In this document: positions 1-16,002 of the stretch, piece after piece
Layout: each line of letters opens with the position of its first letter
Numbering within the stretch: position 1 is the stretch's first letter
NCBI GenBank assembly: GCA_001779115.1
Contig: MFJF01000032.1
Location: 1 to 49,500, forward strand
Source of the DNA: Candidatus Gottesmanbacteria bacterium RIFCSPHIGHO2_01_FULL_40_15
GTDB taxonomy: Bacteria; Patescibacteriota; Microgenomatia; 2-02-FULL-39-11
Length of the DNA: 49,500 nt
Reading direction: 5' to 3'
The notes under the pieces: generated by a model
The model's input: the letters and a program-made list of their open reading frames with translations, nothing else
Told to the model about the DNA's origin: nothing
The model's database searches: none
Translations under genes and position numbers: made by a program

Positions 1-4866
<4,866 letters not shown>

Positions 4867-5782
4867 TTATTAATAATTTTGTGTATTTTCTTGAAATATC
4901 AATCTGTTACACAAATTTATTATTATACTTCTATAATAACAATAACGAATCTCTTTATGTCAAGAGGGAAAGAAGCTAATACTCAATTTTTGAGGTCTTA
5001 AGTTATTCATAAAAAAAATTATAATCTTTTTAAGAGTAAAATTTTGAATTTCAAAATTTGGACTTTAGTCATTTGGAACTTTATTGCGATCTTTTCTTTA
5101 TCTTTTTATAGCAAATAAAACATGATTGGTTTATCCACATAAATATTACAAAAATTCTTAAGCCTATAATTTATTAATAAAGGGTATTACTTTTTTTCTT
5201 TTTTAAATATATATTCCATTCGAAGAATGCTGATTAAACCCGAGTATAAATTATTAAAAGGAATAATTATTGTGCCGGAGATTTTGAAGGATTTTGGGAA
5301 AACTTTCAGAATAATTGAGAATTATTAGGAATTTTAACTTAAATCTTGATTTTAACTATTCTTTTAGCAGGTGAAGATATCCTTTTTGGGAGTTGAAGCC
5401 TTTTTAGCGGTATTAGAAGAACTTCCTATACGGGATTAATACCGTTTTCTGATGATTTCATTTATTCAATACCTCATAGTATTTGTTTGATTTGTTTTTT
5501 ATCCTGATATTTAAATAAATATAATTATATAGGTTAATCTAGAATTTAGAAAATTACTGTACTATAGGTTTCAATAATTAAATTATCCTATTATAACAAC
5601 AAAATTCAATTAATTACTGCATAATATTTATTTTCACGACGTGAAAAATATAAATGTACTTTTAACCAAACGGAAGACAATAATAATTTGCGGTAAGGAT
5701 GAAAATGCAAATGAATCTTTGTATAGATCTTATGAGATTTAAAGTAGTTGAGGATTTAATTTCTAATTATAAACTTATATAA

Positions 5783-7255
<1,473 letters not shown>

Positions 7256-8107
7256 TCAAAATTCTTCCTGATTATCCCAAAGTTTAATTGAGGAGAAAGT
7301 TTCCAGTAATTGGGCATTAATAAAGGATGATGTGACCCTACTTATTTCAGTCTTTTTTTCTTTTACTAATTCATCAGATCTTTCTTCTGCCGCACTCATG
7401 GATAATAAACGGGCAGCAGTAAGAGACAAATCAGTTTCGAGCATAACACGTAAAAAAAGAAGAGAGCGTACCTGGCGGTTGAAAAAATCCAGAATTTTTG
7501 GCAATTCCGGTTCAAATAGTATTTTTATTTCCTGATTTTCTTTTTCATCTGATACTTTTGCCTGAGTGATATCAGAAGTTCCGATCGTTTGATTGACTAA
7601 ACTTACGAATTTGGGATAATATATTATGACAGAGTCGAAATTTTGGGTTTTTTCAATAAAACTTTTAGCTTCTTCTATATTAGGAATATCTTTAGTAAAA
7701 GTGACTGATTCAAATTGTTTCCCAAATCCGGAAGATTGCATATAACCCTGACCGGTGAGTCCGATAACCATAAGTTCGGTTTTGCCTTGTTGTGCGTTAT
7801 TTATAAAAGTGCGCATAACATTGGTATTGACCGCACCGTAAAACCTCTGATTGGACGTCATGGCAACAGATAAAGTTTTTAAATCCAATTTGGGTAATTC
7901 TATTTTTTCTTCTATCTTCATTTTAAAAGCACTGATCCTGACCAAGTGGTAAATATGGCTTATTTCATAATATATTTTGACATTTCTTTCGAACTGATCC
8001 CTTATTTTTTTAATCCGTCCGGCTGAAGCTTCAGTCAGGGCTGAAGTTATAGATTTCATTGTAGTTATATCAATCAGTTCTTCTTTGAGTTGGGTAAGGG
8101 CTGGCAT
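7256..8107 (-). CDS. atpG: F-type ATP synthase F1 gamma subunit
   Basis: Lies between the alpha and beta genes. The N-terminus LKEELIDITTMKSITSALTEASAGRIKK matches the gamma pattern (I..RI.SV.NT.KIT.AM..V.A). Overlaps the atpA 3' end by 34 nt. Confidence 0.8.
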   Translation of the reverse strand: MPALTQLKEELIDITTMKSITSALTEASAGRIKKIRDQFERNVKIYYEISHIYHLVRISAFKMKIEEKIELPKLDLKTLSVAMTSNQRFYGAVNTNVMRTFINNAQQGKTELMVIGLTGQGYMQSSGFGKQFESVTFTKDIPNIEEAKSFIEKTQNFDSVIIYYPKFVSLVNQTIGTSDITQAKVSDEKENQEIKILFEPELPKILDFFNRQVRSLLFLRVMLETDLSLTAARLLSMSAAEERSDELVKEKKTEISRVTSSFINAQLLETFSSIKLWDNQEEF

Positions 8108-9552
8108 TTATTCTCCAGTTCTTTATGAAGACTTTTTAAATTTTCTATAAGCACGTCTAATTCTATTTTGTCTATGGACTCAGAAATTTTTTTAGCCGTA
8201 GTTCCTGCGAGTTCTTTTATTATTAATTGTTTATACTGTTTGACCCAATTAATATCTTTTTCATCGAAAAATCCGGAAAACACAAGCGAGAGAAGTAGTA
8301 TTTGGACTGACGGGGGGATATAAGTCAATGTATCCTGTCTGATTAGCTCTTCCGTAATTTTACCCCTTTTTATTATTAATTGTGTTTGACCGGTAAGTTC
8401 CGTACCAAAGCGGGAAAAACGTTGAAGTTCATGAAAATCAGCTAAAAGAGATCTAATTCTGTCTGATAGTACTTTATGAATAAATTTTTGAGTCTGACGG
8501 CCAACCCGGGTAACGGAGCGGTCAATTTCGATGGCCGGATATTGACCCTGAGCTCTTAGTGAAGCTGAAAACAGAAGGTGGCCGTCGGTCATTGACATGA
8601 CATTAGTCGGAATCAGTGATGAAAAACTTTCCAAATCCGTTTCTATTACAGGGAGAAGGGTTATCGATCCTTTCCCTTTTTTATCGCTGAAATTTCCGGC
8701 CCTTTCAACTAAATGGGAATGCTGGTAAAAAATATCAGCCGGATATGATTCACGGCCTGGTATTCTGCCGGCCAGAAGGGATATTTCGCGCATATATTTG
8801 GCATGGGTAGCCAAATCATCAAGAATTAACAGTACGTCTTTTCCCTGATCCCGGTAATGTTCTGCTACAGAACTAGCCATAGCCGGAGCTATAGCAATAA
8901 GCGGAGCCGAATCGGATGATGAGGCTGCAATTATAACAGTATAGGAGGAACCGCCGTTTTGAATAAGATTTTCCGCAAAGCGTTTTATATCTATTTCACT
9001 TCTTCCCATAGCACAGTATATACAGATGCGATTGAAAACTTTCTGGTGGATTATTATATCCAGAAGAAAGGGTGTTTTGCCGCTACGGGGTTCTCCATAG
9101 AGAAGCTCTCTTTGGCCTTTGCCTATCGGAAGAAGAGTGTCAACAGCGATTAGTCCGGTATAAAATTGTTCGGTTATCAGTTCGCGGCTGTCTATACCCG
9201 GGGCTACCAGATCGAGATCGATCTCAACACCGCCGGGTGGAAGACCCGGCTTACCGTCCAGAGGCAGACCCAGCGGGCTGATTGTCCGTCCGAACAGATT
9301 ATATTGCAATGCCAGTCTTAATCCTTCCGGAGAAACGGTAAATGAATCACCGGGTTTAGAATGGAAGTTATCAAGCATCCAGGCTTCAATTTTTTCCTCT
9401 TCAAGCGCCGTAATAATAGCGCGGTGTCCCTGCGCATCAACTATTACATCGTTTAATTTGGTTGTGGGCAAACCTTCAAGGAACAGAAGATAATCCTGAC
9501 TTTGAATAACAAAGCCAACCTCTTTGGTGCCCGTTTTACGGGTTTTGGACAT
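8074..9552 (-). CDS. atpA: F-type ATP synthase F1 alpha subunit (divergent)
   Basis: P-loop GEPRSGKT in the position of the canonical GDRQTGKT. Also LLILDDLATHAKYMREISLL and YPAIEIDRSVTRVG. Size and operon position fit. Confidence 0.85.
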   Translation of the reverse strand: MSKTRKTGTKEVGFVIQSQDYLLFLEGLPTTKLNDVIVDAQGHRAIITALEEEKIEAWMLDNFHSKPGDSFTVSPEGLRLALQYNLFGRTISPLGLPLDGKPGLPPGGVEIDLDLVAPGIDSRELITEQFYTGLIAVDTLLPIGKGQRELLYGEPRSGKTPFLLDIIIHQKVFNRICIYCAMGRSEIDIKRFAENLIQNGGSSYTVIIAASSSDSAPLIAIAPAMASSVAEHYRDQGKDVLLILDDLATHAKYMREISLLAGRIPGRESYPADIFYQHSHLVERAGNFSDKKGKGSITLLPVIETDLESFSSLIPTNVMSMTDGHLLFSASLRAQGQYPAIEIDRSVTRVGRQTQKFIHKVLSDRIRSLLADFHELQRFSRFGTELTGQTQLIIKRGKITEELIRQDTLTYIPPSVQILLLSLVFSGFFDEKDINWVKQYKQLIIKELAGTTAKKISESIDKIELDVLIENLKSLHKELENKCQPLPNSKKN

Positions 9553-10048
9553 ATTTATCCAGTAACTGGCTGATTTCCCTGCGTTTTATATCCATAAAAT
9601 ATTTAAGGGAAAAATTATGATAAATGCCTTTATAAGCAAAAGCGCAACCCAGAGTAATTGAAGAATCGACTTGTATGTCAAGTATAACATTTTTACTTAT
9701 ATTTTTTTTAAACCAGGAACCTATTTTTTCTTTTTCTTCAGCCATCGGTTCATATGGCAGATAAACATGAATTACTTCTTCCTTATTTAGAAGTCTGTCC
9801 AGTTTGGCAAGGCAAGGGTAAGTATTGCTTTTAGTAAAATTTTTATAAAATTTACTGTCTAAAGAAAGAAGCATATCGGAATCTTCTTTTGTACATTTTG
9901 CTGTTTTTAAAAATTCTTCAAGTGATCTACCGCCTGATGAATAATATTTCTGTTCAAAAAATTCACGCAGGATACGCAACCTTCTGGTAATATCGGTTTT
10001 TGTATAACTTAAGGAAATCAGCTGGGAAAGAAGCTCTTTTTCTTCCAT
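9536..10048 (-). CDS. atpH: Probable F-type ATP synthase delta (OSCP) subunit
   Basis: 170 aa, sits between atpF and atpA and overlaps the atpA start by 17 nt. The C-terminal VILDIQVDSSITLGCAFAYKGIYHNFSLK resembles the OSCP C-terminus. The assignment rests mostly on position. Confidence 0.65.
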   Translation of the reverse strand: MEEKELLSQLISLSYTKTDITRRLRILREFFEQKYYSSGGRSLEEFLKTAKCTKEDSDMLLSLDSKFYKNFTKSNTYPCLAKLDRLLNKEEVIHVYLPYEPMAEEKEKIGSWFKKNISKNVILDIQVDSSITLGCAFAYKGIYHNFSLKYFMDIKRREISQLLDKYVQNP

Positions 10049-10056
10049 TTTTAAAC

Positions 10057-10770
10057 TTATTTAAAAGCGTGACTTTTTTTAGCCTCTTCAAGAGCCTTAT
10101 AAATAAAATCACTTTGATCAGCCAAGGACAACTTTTTATTGACCGTTAACAGCAGCACTTCTTCCAGAATATCAACGATTTTTTCATCCATTATTTTTTG
10201 GCGGTGAGTTTTGTATTCTTCAATTTCCCGGCGGGTTTTAGCCATTTCTTCATCAACCTGCTGTTTGACCCGATTTTCCATTACAGCCGTAAAGCTATTT
10301 AATGAATTTTTGGCATTATCGATAAAATCGGAGGATTTTTCCTCAAGGACTTTCTGGTTTCCGGTTAGATGCTCTTGAATTTTGCTCTCAATTGACCCAA
10401 TGAATTCTTCATAAGATTGATGGGCGGAATTAGCGCTTGTTTCAAATTTCTTCTTTAATTCTTTTTCCAGTCCGGTAATTTCCTTTTTATAATCTTTTGC
10501 CAGTTTTTTGCTTTCCAGTTTTTCCCGATCAACCAGGGATAAGCCTTTTAGTTCAGCTGCAGCCAGAATACTTTGAGCTTTTTGTATAGCCCGCTGAATA
10601 ATTGTTTCCGATTTTATTTTAGCGTCTTTAATAATTTCTTCTTCAGGGGCTTTTTTATTTTTATCCAGAAGGTTTTTTTCTTTTTGTAGGTAATAGAGGA
10701 TTAGGAATAAAAGAAGTAGTAAAGCTATATTAATAATAAAAATTAACAGTTGCAAAAGATTAGGATTCAT
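10057..10770 (-). CDS. atpF: Probable F-type ATP synthase b subunit (long, 237 aa)
   Basis: Single N-terminal TM (LLQLLIFIINIALLLLLFLILYYL) followed by a long charged, coiled-coil-like region. Operon position fits. Confidence 0.65.
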   Translation of the reverse strand: MNPNLLQLLIFIINIALLLLLFLILYYLQKEKNLLDKNKKAPEEEIIKDAKIKSETIIQRAIQKAQSILAAAELKGLSLVDREKLESKKLAKDYKKEITGLEKELKKKFETSANSAHQSYEEFIGSIESKIQEHLTGNQKVLEEKSSDFIDNAKNSLNSFTAVMENRVKQQVDEEMAKTRREIEEYKTHRQKIMDEKIVDILEEVLLLTVNKKLSLADQSDFIYKALEEAKKSHAFK

Positions 10771-10796
10771 AAAGGTACTAATTTCAATAATAATGA

Positions 10797-11624
10797 CTAT
10801 AAACTGAGAATGGCAAGAGACAAAACAATTCCGCCTATTGATACCAAAGCAATCAGAACCACATTTACTATGATCATGCTTTCTATTGACATTTTAGCCA
10901 AAGGGTTTCTGCCGATAGCCTCAATACCTTTAGTAATATTTTTTCCGAATGTGTTGAAGTTAATAAAGATTACTATTACTGCGACCATAGCAGCCATAAT
11001 ATAACGGATAATTTTTTCCGTCTGTTTGGAGGTGCGGATATTAAAAGCTAAAGCTGAGAGAAGCTGTTTAAATGTACCAAAAAGTCCACCTGATGATTTA
11101 AGAAGGGTAGGGGAAGCAGGACCAATGCCGACTTCGACTTTAATTTGCCCCTTTTTAATTTTTTTATCCTGAAAATCGTAATTTTCACCGTCTTTTTCAT
11201 CAAAATCAGATAAAGCTACTCCAAGCATAAAACCACCGAAATTATCGGCTTTTTGGCCATGGCCATTCACGGCAGATGACGTGATAAAATCACCAATCTT
11301 TATCGGACCTCCAAGTGTTGTTATATTAACAAAAGAAACACCGCTTCTGGCGACAGGATGAGTGTCGAGAGTTCTGACAACAAATGCCGGTGACTCAACG
11401 ACAACACCAAACATTTTCTGATCATACTCAACTGCGGCAGGTTCAAGAGTTCCTTCTTTACCGGTTAATGAAACGATATCACCGGGATTGGCTTTATCTG
11501 AAATAGGTAGGGTAAAGGCTAGGTTTAGACTACGGAATTGGGCTAATGTTTTCGGGGGGAATAAAAAAAGTAAAGATACAAGAAGATAGAAAGATAGTTT
11601 AAAGAAGACAGGACGCATTTTCAT
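10797..11624 (-). CDS. Signal-peptide protein ending in an ATP-synthase c-subunit-like helical hairpin (occupies the atpE slot)
   Basis: N-terminus MKMRPVFFKLSFYLLVSLLFLFPPKTLAQ. The C-terminus has two hydrophobic helices joined by the loop KGIEAIGRNPLAK, which resembles the c-subunit EGIARQPEA loop. The gene ends 26 nt upstream of the atpF start. Confidence 0.6.
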   Translation of the reverse strand: MKMRPVFFKLSFYLLVSLLFLFPPKTLAQFRSLNLAFTLPISDKANPGDIVSLTGKEGTLEPAAVEYDQKMFGVVVESPAFVVRTLDTHPVARSGVSFVNITTLGGPIKIGDFITSSAVNGHGQKADNFGGFMLGVALSDFDEKDGENYDFQDKKIKKGQIKVEVGIGPASPTLLKSSGGLFGTFKQLLSALAFNIRTSKQTEKIIRYIMAAMVAVIVIFINFNTFGKNITKGIEAIGRNPLAKMSIESMIIVNVVLIALVSIGGIVLSLAILSL

Positions 11625-11868
11625 GTATTTCCAGAGTAGGTTAAATACAGCTATTTTTCAAGTAGAGCAAGCTAAACCGTAAAAAATAACCCTTTTTGTT
11701 AATAAGATTTTTGATGCAGAATGTTATGTTCAGTATGACTGTATCTATAAAAATTAGATATTGACAATAATTTACTTTTTAATTCATACTGAGGACAGGT
11801 AAAGTTTTCCCGACATCGGCGGGATGAATTTTAATTGAAAAAAAGTTAAACTGGTTAGACATGTTTTA

Positions 11869-13743
11869 TTGTCTTATCAATCTATAATGTCCGTCAGGGG
11901 AATTTTAAAAGATATAACTTCATTAAAAGGACTGGGGGCTTTTAAAGATCAAAATAAAGTCCGGCTTTATTACCTTTCGCAAAATAACCAACTCCAAATC
12001 AATATTTCACAAAGCAGTGACGGACTTAATTTTCCTGAAAGTAAAGACAAACTGATTCTTTATGATTCCCGGGGCAGAAATGTCAGACTTAATAATTTAG
12101 AAACTATAAGGATAAGCCGCCATAACGGCGAATATGTGATGGTATATCGGGTGAAGAAAGGATTGGTCAGTTCCTTATTTACAGCTAGATCAAAAGAATC
12201 TGTTAATTTCAGGACAATAGGTAGGGTTCCGCAAATATCAGATACCGCCCAGATAGTTTCCGATTTCAAACATCATGATAATTTTGTGATGTTTGCCGGA
12301 GGCAGAGATATAAGAATTTTAACTTCCAAAGATCTGGTCAAATGGAAGATGCAGAGGAAAGCAGTTCTTTTATCCGCAAGCGGGAACGGTCACTACGAGA
12401 TCGGTGCCATTGAAAAGATTGCTAACGGAATATCAGTTCTCTTTTTTCAAAAATTTATCAGCGGAGACGGTAAAAGCTATTATTCGATCCACGCGGCAAT
12501 ATTTGATCAAAACAATCCAGAAAAACTGATTTTTAAAACTGAGGACAGTCTATGGGAGCAACCGGGCGAGTGGAGCCATTTGGAAATAAATATTCAACCG
12601 TTCGGACTTATTACGCAAGGCTCAAGGTTGATATCTTATTGGGATCTTAACGGCCGGGAAATACTTTCAATTGTCCATGATCAGGTAAAAAGAGTATATA
12701 CGGAAGAGAAATCGCTTTCCCCGATATTATTGAAAAAAATAAGAGAGAATCCGATATTAAAACCGATTGCCGATCATTTTTGGGAATCCAAAGCAACATT
12801 TAATCCGGCGGCAATTTATGATGAAGGAAAGGTTCATATCGTTTACCGGGCAATCGGGGATCATGACATGTCAATGCTTGGATACGCTTCTTCGAAAGAC
12901 GGGATCAATATTGATGAAAGGTTGGATGAACCTATTTATGTTCCAACTGAGCCTTTTGAATTCCAAAATGCCGATACCGGCAAACCGATCCCTTTATCTC
13001 CTTATGCTTCCGGAGGCGGGGGATACGGCGGTGTAGAGGATCCGAGAATTACCAGAATTGGCAAAAAGTTTTATATGACGTATGTGGCTTATGACGGAAG
13101 TAATCCTCCGAGAGTTGCTTTAACTTCCATTAAAGTATCGGATTTCCGGAATAAAAAATGGAATTGGAAGAAACCGGTTCTTATTTCGGCACCGAATGTA
13201 GTGAATAAAAATGCGGTAATTTTTCCGGAAAAAATTAACGGTAAATATGTAATTATGCATCGGGTTTTCCCCAATATTCTTATTGATTTTGTTGATCACC
13301 TTGATTTTGACGGCAGCCAATTTCTTAGAGGAGATTTCATGATAAGGCCAAGAATAAGCAGTTGGGACAGTAGAAAGGTTGGAGTAGGAGCGCCTCCCAT
13401 TAAAACTGACAAAGGCTGGCTGATCATTTATCATGCAGTCGGAGATGATGATCCCGGACGCTATAAAATGGGAGCAATGCTTCTTGATTTATCAGACCCG
13501 ACCCGAATTATTGCCCGAAGTGCCAAGCCCATTCTGGAACCAGAGGAATATTACGAAAATGAAGGTTTTAAATACGGTGTTGCATACCCCTGCGGTGCGG
13601 TAACATTAGACAACACTCTTATGGTTTATTACGGCGGGGCTGATATGGTGACTTGTGTAGCGACTGCCGAGCTATCCACATTGTTGAACAACCTACTTGA
13701 TCATTCAGAAGGAGAATTGCATAAATTAAACATTCCTCTTTAA
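11869..13743 (+). CDS. GH130-like glycosidase/phosphorylase family protein: degenerate N-terminal beta-propeller-like half plus canonical GH130 C-terminal half
   Basis: NPILKP...WESKATFNPAAIYDEGKVHIVYRAIGD...MLGYASSKDGINIDERL...GGVEDPRITRIGKKFYMTYVAYDGSNPPRVALTSIK...VGAPPIKTDKGWLIIYHAVG. The track start is TTG; an ATG at 11887 is an alternative start. Confidence 0.8.
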   Translation: MSYQSIMSVRGILKDITSLKGLGAFKDQNKVRLYYLSQNNQLQINISQSSDGLNFPESKDKLILYDSRGRNVRLNNLETIRISRHNGEYVMVYRVKKGLVSSLFTARSKESVNFRTIGRVPQISDTAQIVSDFKHHDNFVMFAGGRDIRILTSKDLVKWKMQRKAVLLSASGNGHYEIGAIEKIANGISVLFFQKFISGDGKSYYSIHAAIFDQNNPEKLIFKTEDSLWEQPGEWSHLEINIQPFGLITQGSRLISYWDLNGREILSIVHDQVKRVYTEEKSLSPILLKKIRENPILKPIADHFWESKATFNPAAIYDEGKVHIVYRAIGDHDMSMLGYASSKDGINIDERLDEPIYVPTEPFEFQNADTGKPIPLSPYASGGGGYGGVEDPRITRIGKKFYMTYVAYDGSNPPRVALTSIKVSDFRNKKWNWKKPVLISAPNVVNKNAVIFPEKINGKYVIMHRVFPNILIDFVDHLDFDGSQFLRGDFMIRPRISSWDSRKVGVGAPPIKTDKGWLIIYHAVGDDDPGRYKMGAMLLDLSDPTRIIARSAKPILEPEEYYENEGFKYGVAYPCGAVTLDNTLMVYYGGADMVTCVATAELSTLLNNLLDHSEGELHKLNIPL

Positions 13744-13768
13744 GACAATTAATTAAGACAAATATATA

Positions 13769-15712
13769 TTGATGGTAACTGCCCGAAGATCAGAAGATAA
13801 TCCCATTCTTTCACCCAACAAAGCAGCGATATGGGAAAAAGAAGCCACTTTTAACGGATGCGTGGTTAAAGAAGGAGGGAATTATCATCTGTTATACCGG
13901 GCTCAGGGAGCCCCGCAACAGTATGCCAATGTCCGGATATCGCTTTCTACAATAGGATATGCCAAGAGTCATGACGGAGTACACTTTTCCGGCAGGCGGC
14001 AATTTATTAAGCCTGAATTTGATTGGGAAAGATTCGGCTGCGAAGATCCAAGAGTTTCGCAATTCGAAGGAAAATATTATATATTTTATACAGCTCTATC
14101 GGTATATCCGTTTTCTTCTGAAGGGATAAAAGTCGCATGCGCGGTGACTGATGATTTTTCCGGTATAAGGGAAAAACATCAGGTAACAACTTTTAATTCA
14201 AAAGCATTCGCGTTATTTCCCGAAAGAATCAATGGTAAAATTACTGCGATATTAACGGCCAATACTGATAAGCCGCCGGCTAAAATTTCAATTGCCTCTT
14301 TTGATAAAACAGAGGAAATCTGGTCAAAAAGTTATTGGAATGATTTTTATACCGGACTGGAAAAACAGAGTTTAACACTTCAAAGATCGAGAAATGACCA
14401 TGTTGAAATTGGAGCTCCCCCGATTTCCACACATGAGGGTTGGCTTCTTATCTATTCATATATTTATAATTACTTTATCGGTCATCCGACTTTTGCCATT
14501 GAAGCGGTATTGTTAAAGAAAGATGATCCGAAACAGGTGATTGCCCGTTCCAGACAGCCGTTGATTGTTCCGGAGAAACATTATGAACTTTACGGAAAGG
14601 TACCTAATATTGTTTTTCCGACAGGAACCATAGTATCAGGGGAGGATTTAATCATTTATTACGGTGCGGCAGATACAACAGTTTGTTTAGCTAAAATAAA
14701 TTTGGAAGAGCTTCTTAAAGATTTACTTCCCCAATCGCAAGGTATTCCGGTATTTAACACCAAGAATCTGATTCCGGTTGAAAGATTTTCTGCTAACCCG
14801 ATAATTACTTCAAAAAAAGAAAATAAATGGGAAGATAAATTCACTTTTAACCCCGGTGCTTTATATTTATGCGACAGGATAAACCTTTTATATAGGGCAA
14901 TGGGCAGGGACGATACATCAGTTTTGGGTTATGCTTCAACAAAGGACGGTTTTAATATTGATGAAAGATTAACTTTTCCTGTATATGAACCGAGGGAGGG
15001 ATTTGAGAAAAAGAGCAGACCGGGAAATTCCGGCTGTGAAGATGCCAGGCTGGTTAATATTGAAGACAAGGTATATATGTGTTATACAGCTTATAACGGC
15101 GCAGATCCTCCCAGAGTAGCTCTTACTTCAATAAAAACCACCGATTTTTGCCAAAAAAACTGGCAGTGGGAAAAACCAATATTAATTTCTCCTCCAAATA
15201 TTGACGATAAAGACGCAACCCTTTTCCCGGAAAAAATTAACGGAAAATTCGTATTTTTACACCGATTTAATCCCAATATTTGGATTGATTACATTGATGA
15301 CCTGTCTTTTTCCAAATCTAAATTTTTAAATGGGGAAATACTTCTGGAGCCAAGAGTTTACAGTTGGGATAGCGATAAAATCGGAATCGGCCCACCGCCC
15401 ATTAAGACTGCTTCCGGATGGTTACTAATTTATCATGGTCTATCGCGTTATTCACTTAAATACCGGTTAGGAGCGGCTCTTCTGGCAACAGATAATCCTT
15501 CCCAGGTCCTCGCCCGTCTGGATTATCCCATACTGGAACCGGAGACGGAACATGAGAAAAAAGGAGTAAGACCGGATACGGTATTTTCCTGCGGCGTATG
15601 TGTTATTGAGGATAATTTGTATGTTTATTACGGAGGTGGAGATCAGGTAATCGGAGCTGCCCGTTTATCTTTGTCTAAACTTCTTGAAGAGTTAAGGAAA
15701 TATCATATCTGA
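13769..15712 (+). CDS. Tandem double GH130-like glycosidase/phosphorylase family protein
   Basis: Two complete copies of the GH130-type pattern. Copy 1: NPILSP...WEKEATFNGCVVKEGGNYHLLYRAQG...GCEDPRVSQFEGKYYIFYTA. Copy 2: NPIITS...WEDKFTFNPGALY...LGYASTKDGFNIDERL...GCEDARLVNIEDKVYMCYTAYNGADPPRVALTSIK. Confidence 0.8.
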   Translation: MMVTARRSEDNPILSPNKAAIWEKEATFNGCVVKEGGNYHLLYRAQGAPQQYANVRISLSTIGYAKSHDGVHFSGRRQFIKPEFDWERFGCEDPRVSQFEGKYYIFYTALSVYPFSSEGIKVACAVTDDFSGIREKHQVTTFNSKAFALFPERINGKITAILTANTDKPPAKISIASFDKTEEIWSKSYWNDFYTGLEKQSLTLQRSRNDHVEIGAPPISTHEGWLLIYSYIYNYFIGHPTFAIEAVLLKKDDPKQVIARSRQPLIVPEKHYELYGKVPNIVFPTGTIVSGEDLIIYYGAADTTVCLAKINLEELLKDLLPQSQGIPVFNTKNLIPVERFSANPIITSKKENKWEDKFTFNPGALYLCDRINLLYRAMGRDDTSVLGYASTKDGFNIDERLTFPVYEPREGFEKKSRPGNSGCEDARLVNIEDKVYMCYTAYNGADPPRVALTSIKTTDFCQKNWQWEKPILISPPNIDDKDATLFPEKINGKFVFLHRFNPNIWIDYIDDLSFSKSKFLNGEILLEPRVYSWDSDKIGIGPPPIKTASGWLLIYHGLSRYSLKYRLGAALLATDNPSQVLARLDYPILEPETEHEKKGVRPDTVFSCGVCVIEDNLYVYYGGGDQVIGAARLSLSKLLEELRKYHI

Positions 15713-15779
15713 GACGTTTCGGGAGTATATTTACGACTGCGCTCGAACCTACTTTATCAAAAATTCCTGAACAAAGGAA

Positions 15780-15796
15780 GCCGCCCGCAGGGCGGC
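15780..15796 (+). other. GC-rich hairpin GCCGCCC-gca-GGGCGGC (possible terminator or tRNA-derived relic)
   Basis: Perfect 7-bp stem with a 3-nt loop, 68 nt after the GH130 stop, and no adjacent T-tract. The stem arms are identical to the acceptor-stem strands of tRNA-Thr(UGU) at 20642-20712. Confidence 0.5.
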
Positions 15797-16002
15797 CCAG
15801 GGATTTAGAGCTTCCCCTCCTACCTTTTTATCTTTTAAAAATAAAGATCCAAAGATTTTAAAATTAATAACCACTTGCGATGTTATTGTCCCACCTTTAA
15901 TTACAATTGCAACCAGATTAGATTATAATTCAAGAAATCGATGCTGCCTAAATGGTAGCTTTTTTTTATTGAAACTAGTTATTTCTTTAATATTATAAAT
16001 TT

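Noticed and set aside
7332-9281. Plus-strand ORFs inside atpG/atpA (7332..7535, 8959..9153, 9072..9281).
   Set aside because: They are antisense to strongly supported ATP synthase genes, short, and lack motifs.
10750-11004. Plus-strand 84-aa ORF spanning the atpF start and the c-like gene end.
   Set aside because: It is antisense to two supported genes. Its hydrophobic composition mirrors the TM-coding sense strand.
15741-15762. GACTGCGCTCGAACCTAC, which resembles the reverse complement of a tRNA T-arm (GGTTCGAGC).
   Set aside because: The flanking bases cannot form a T-stem or an acceptor stem. At best it is a decayed fragment, and there is not enough to call one.
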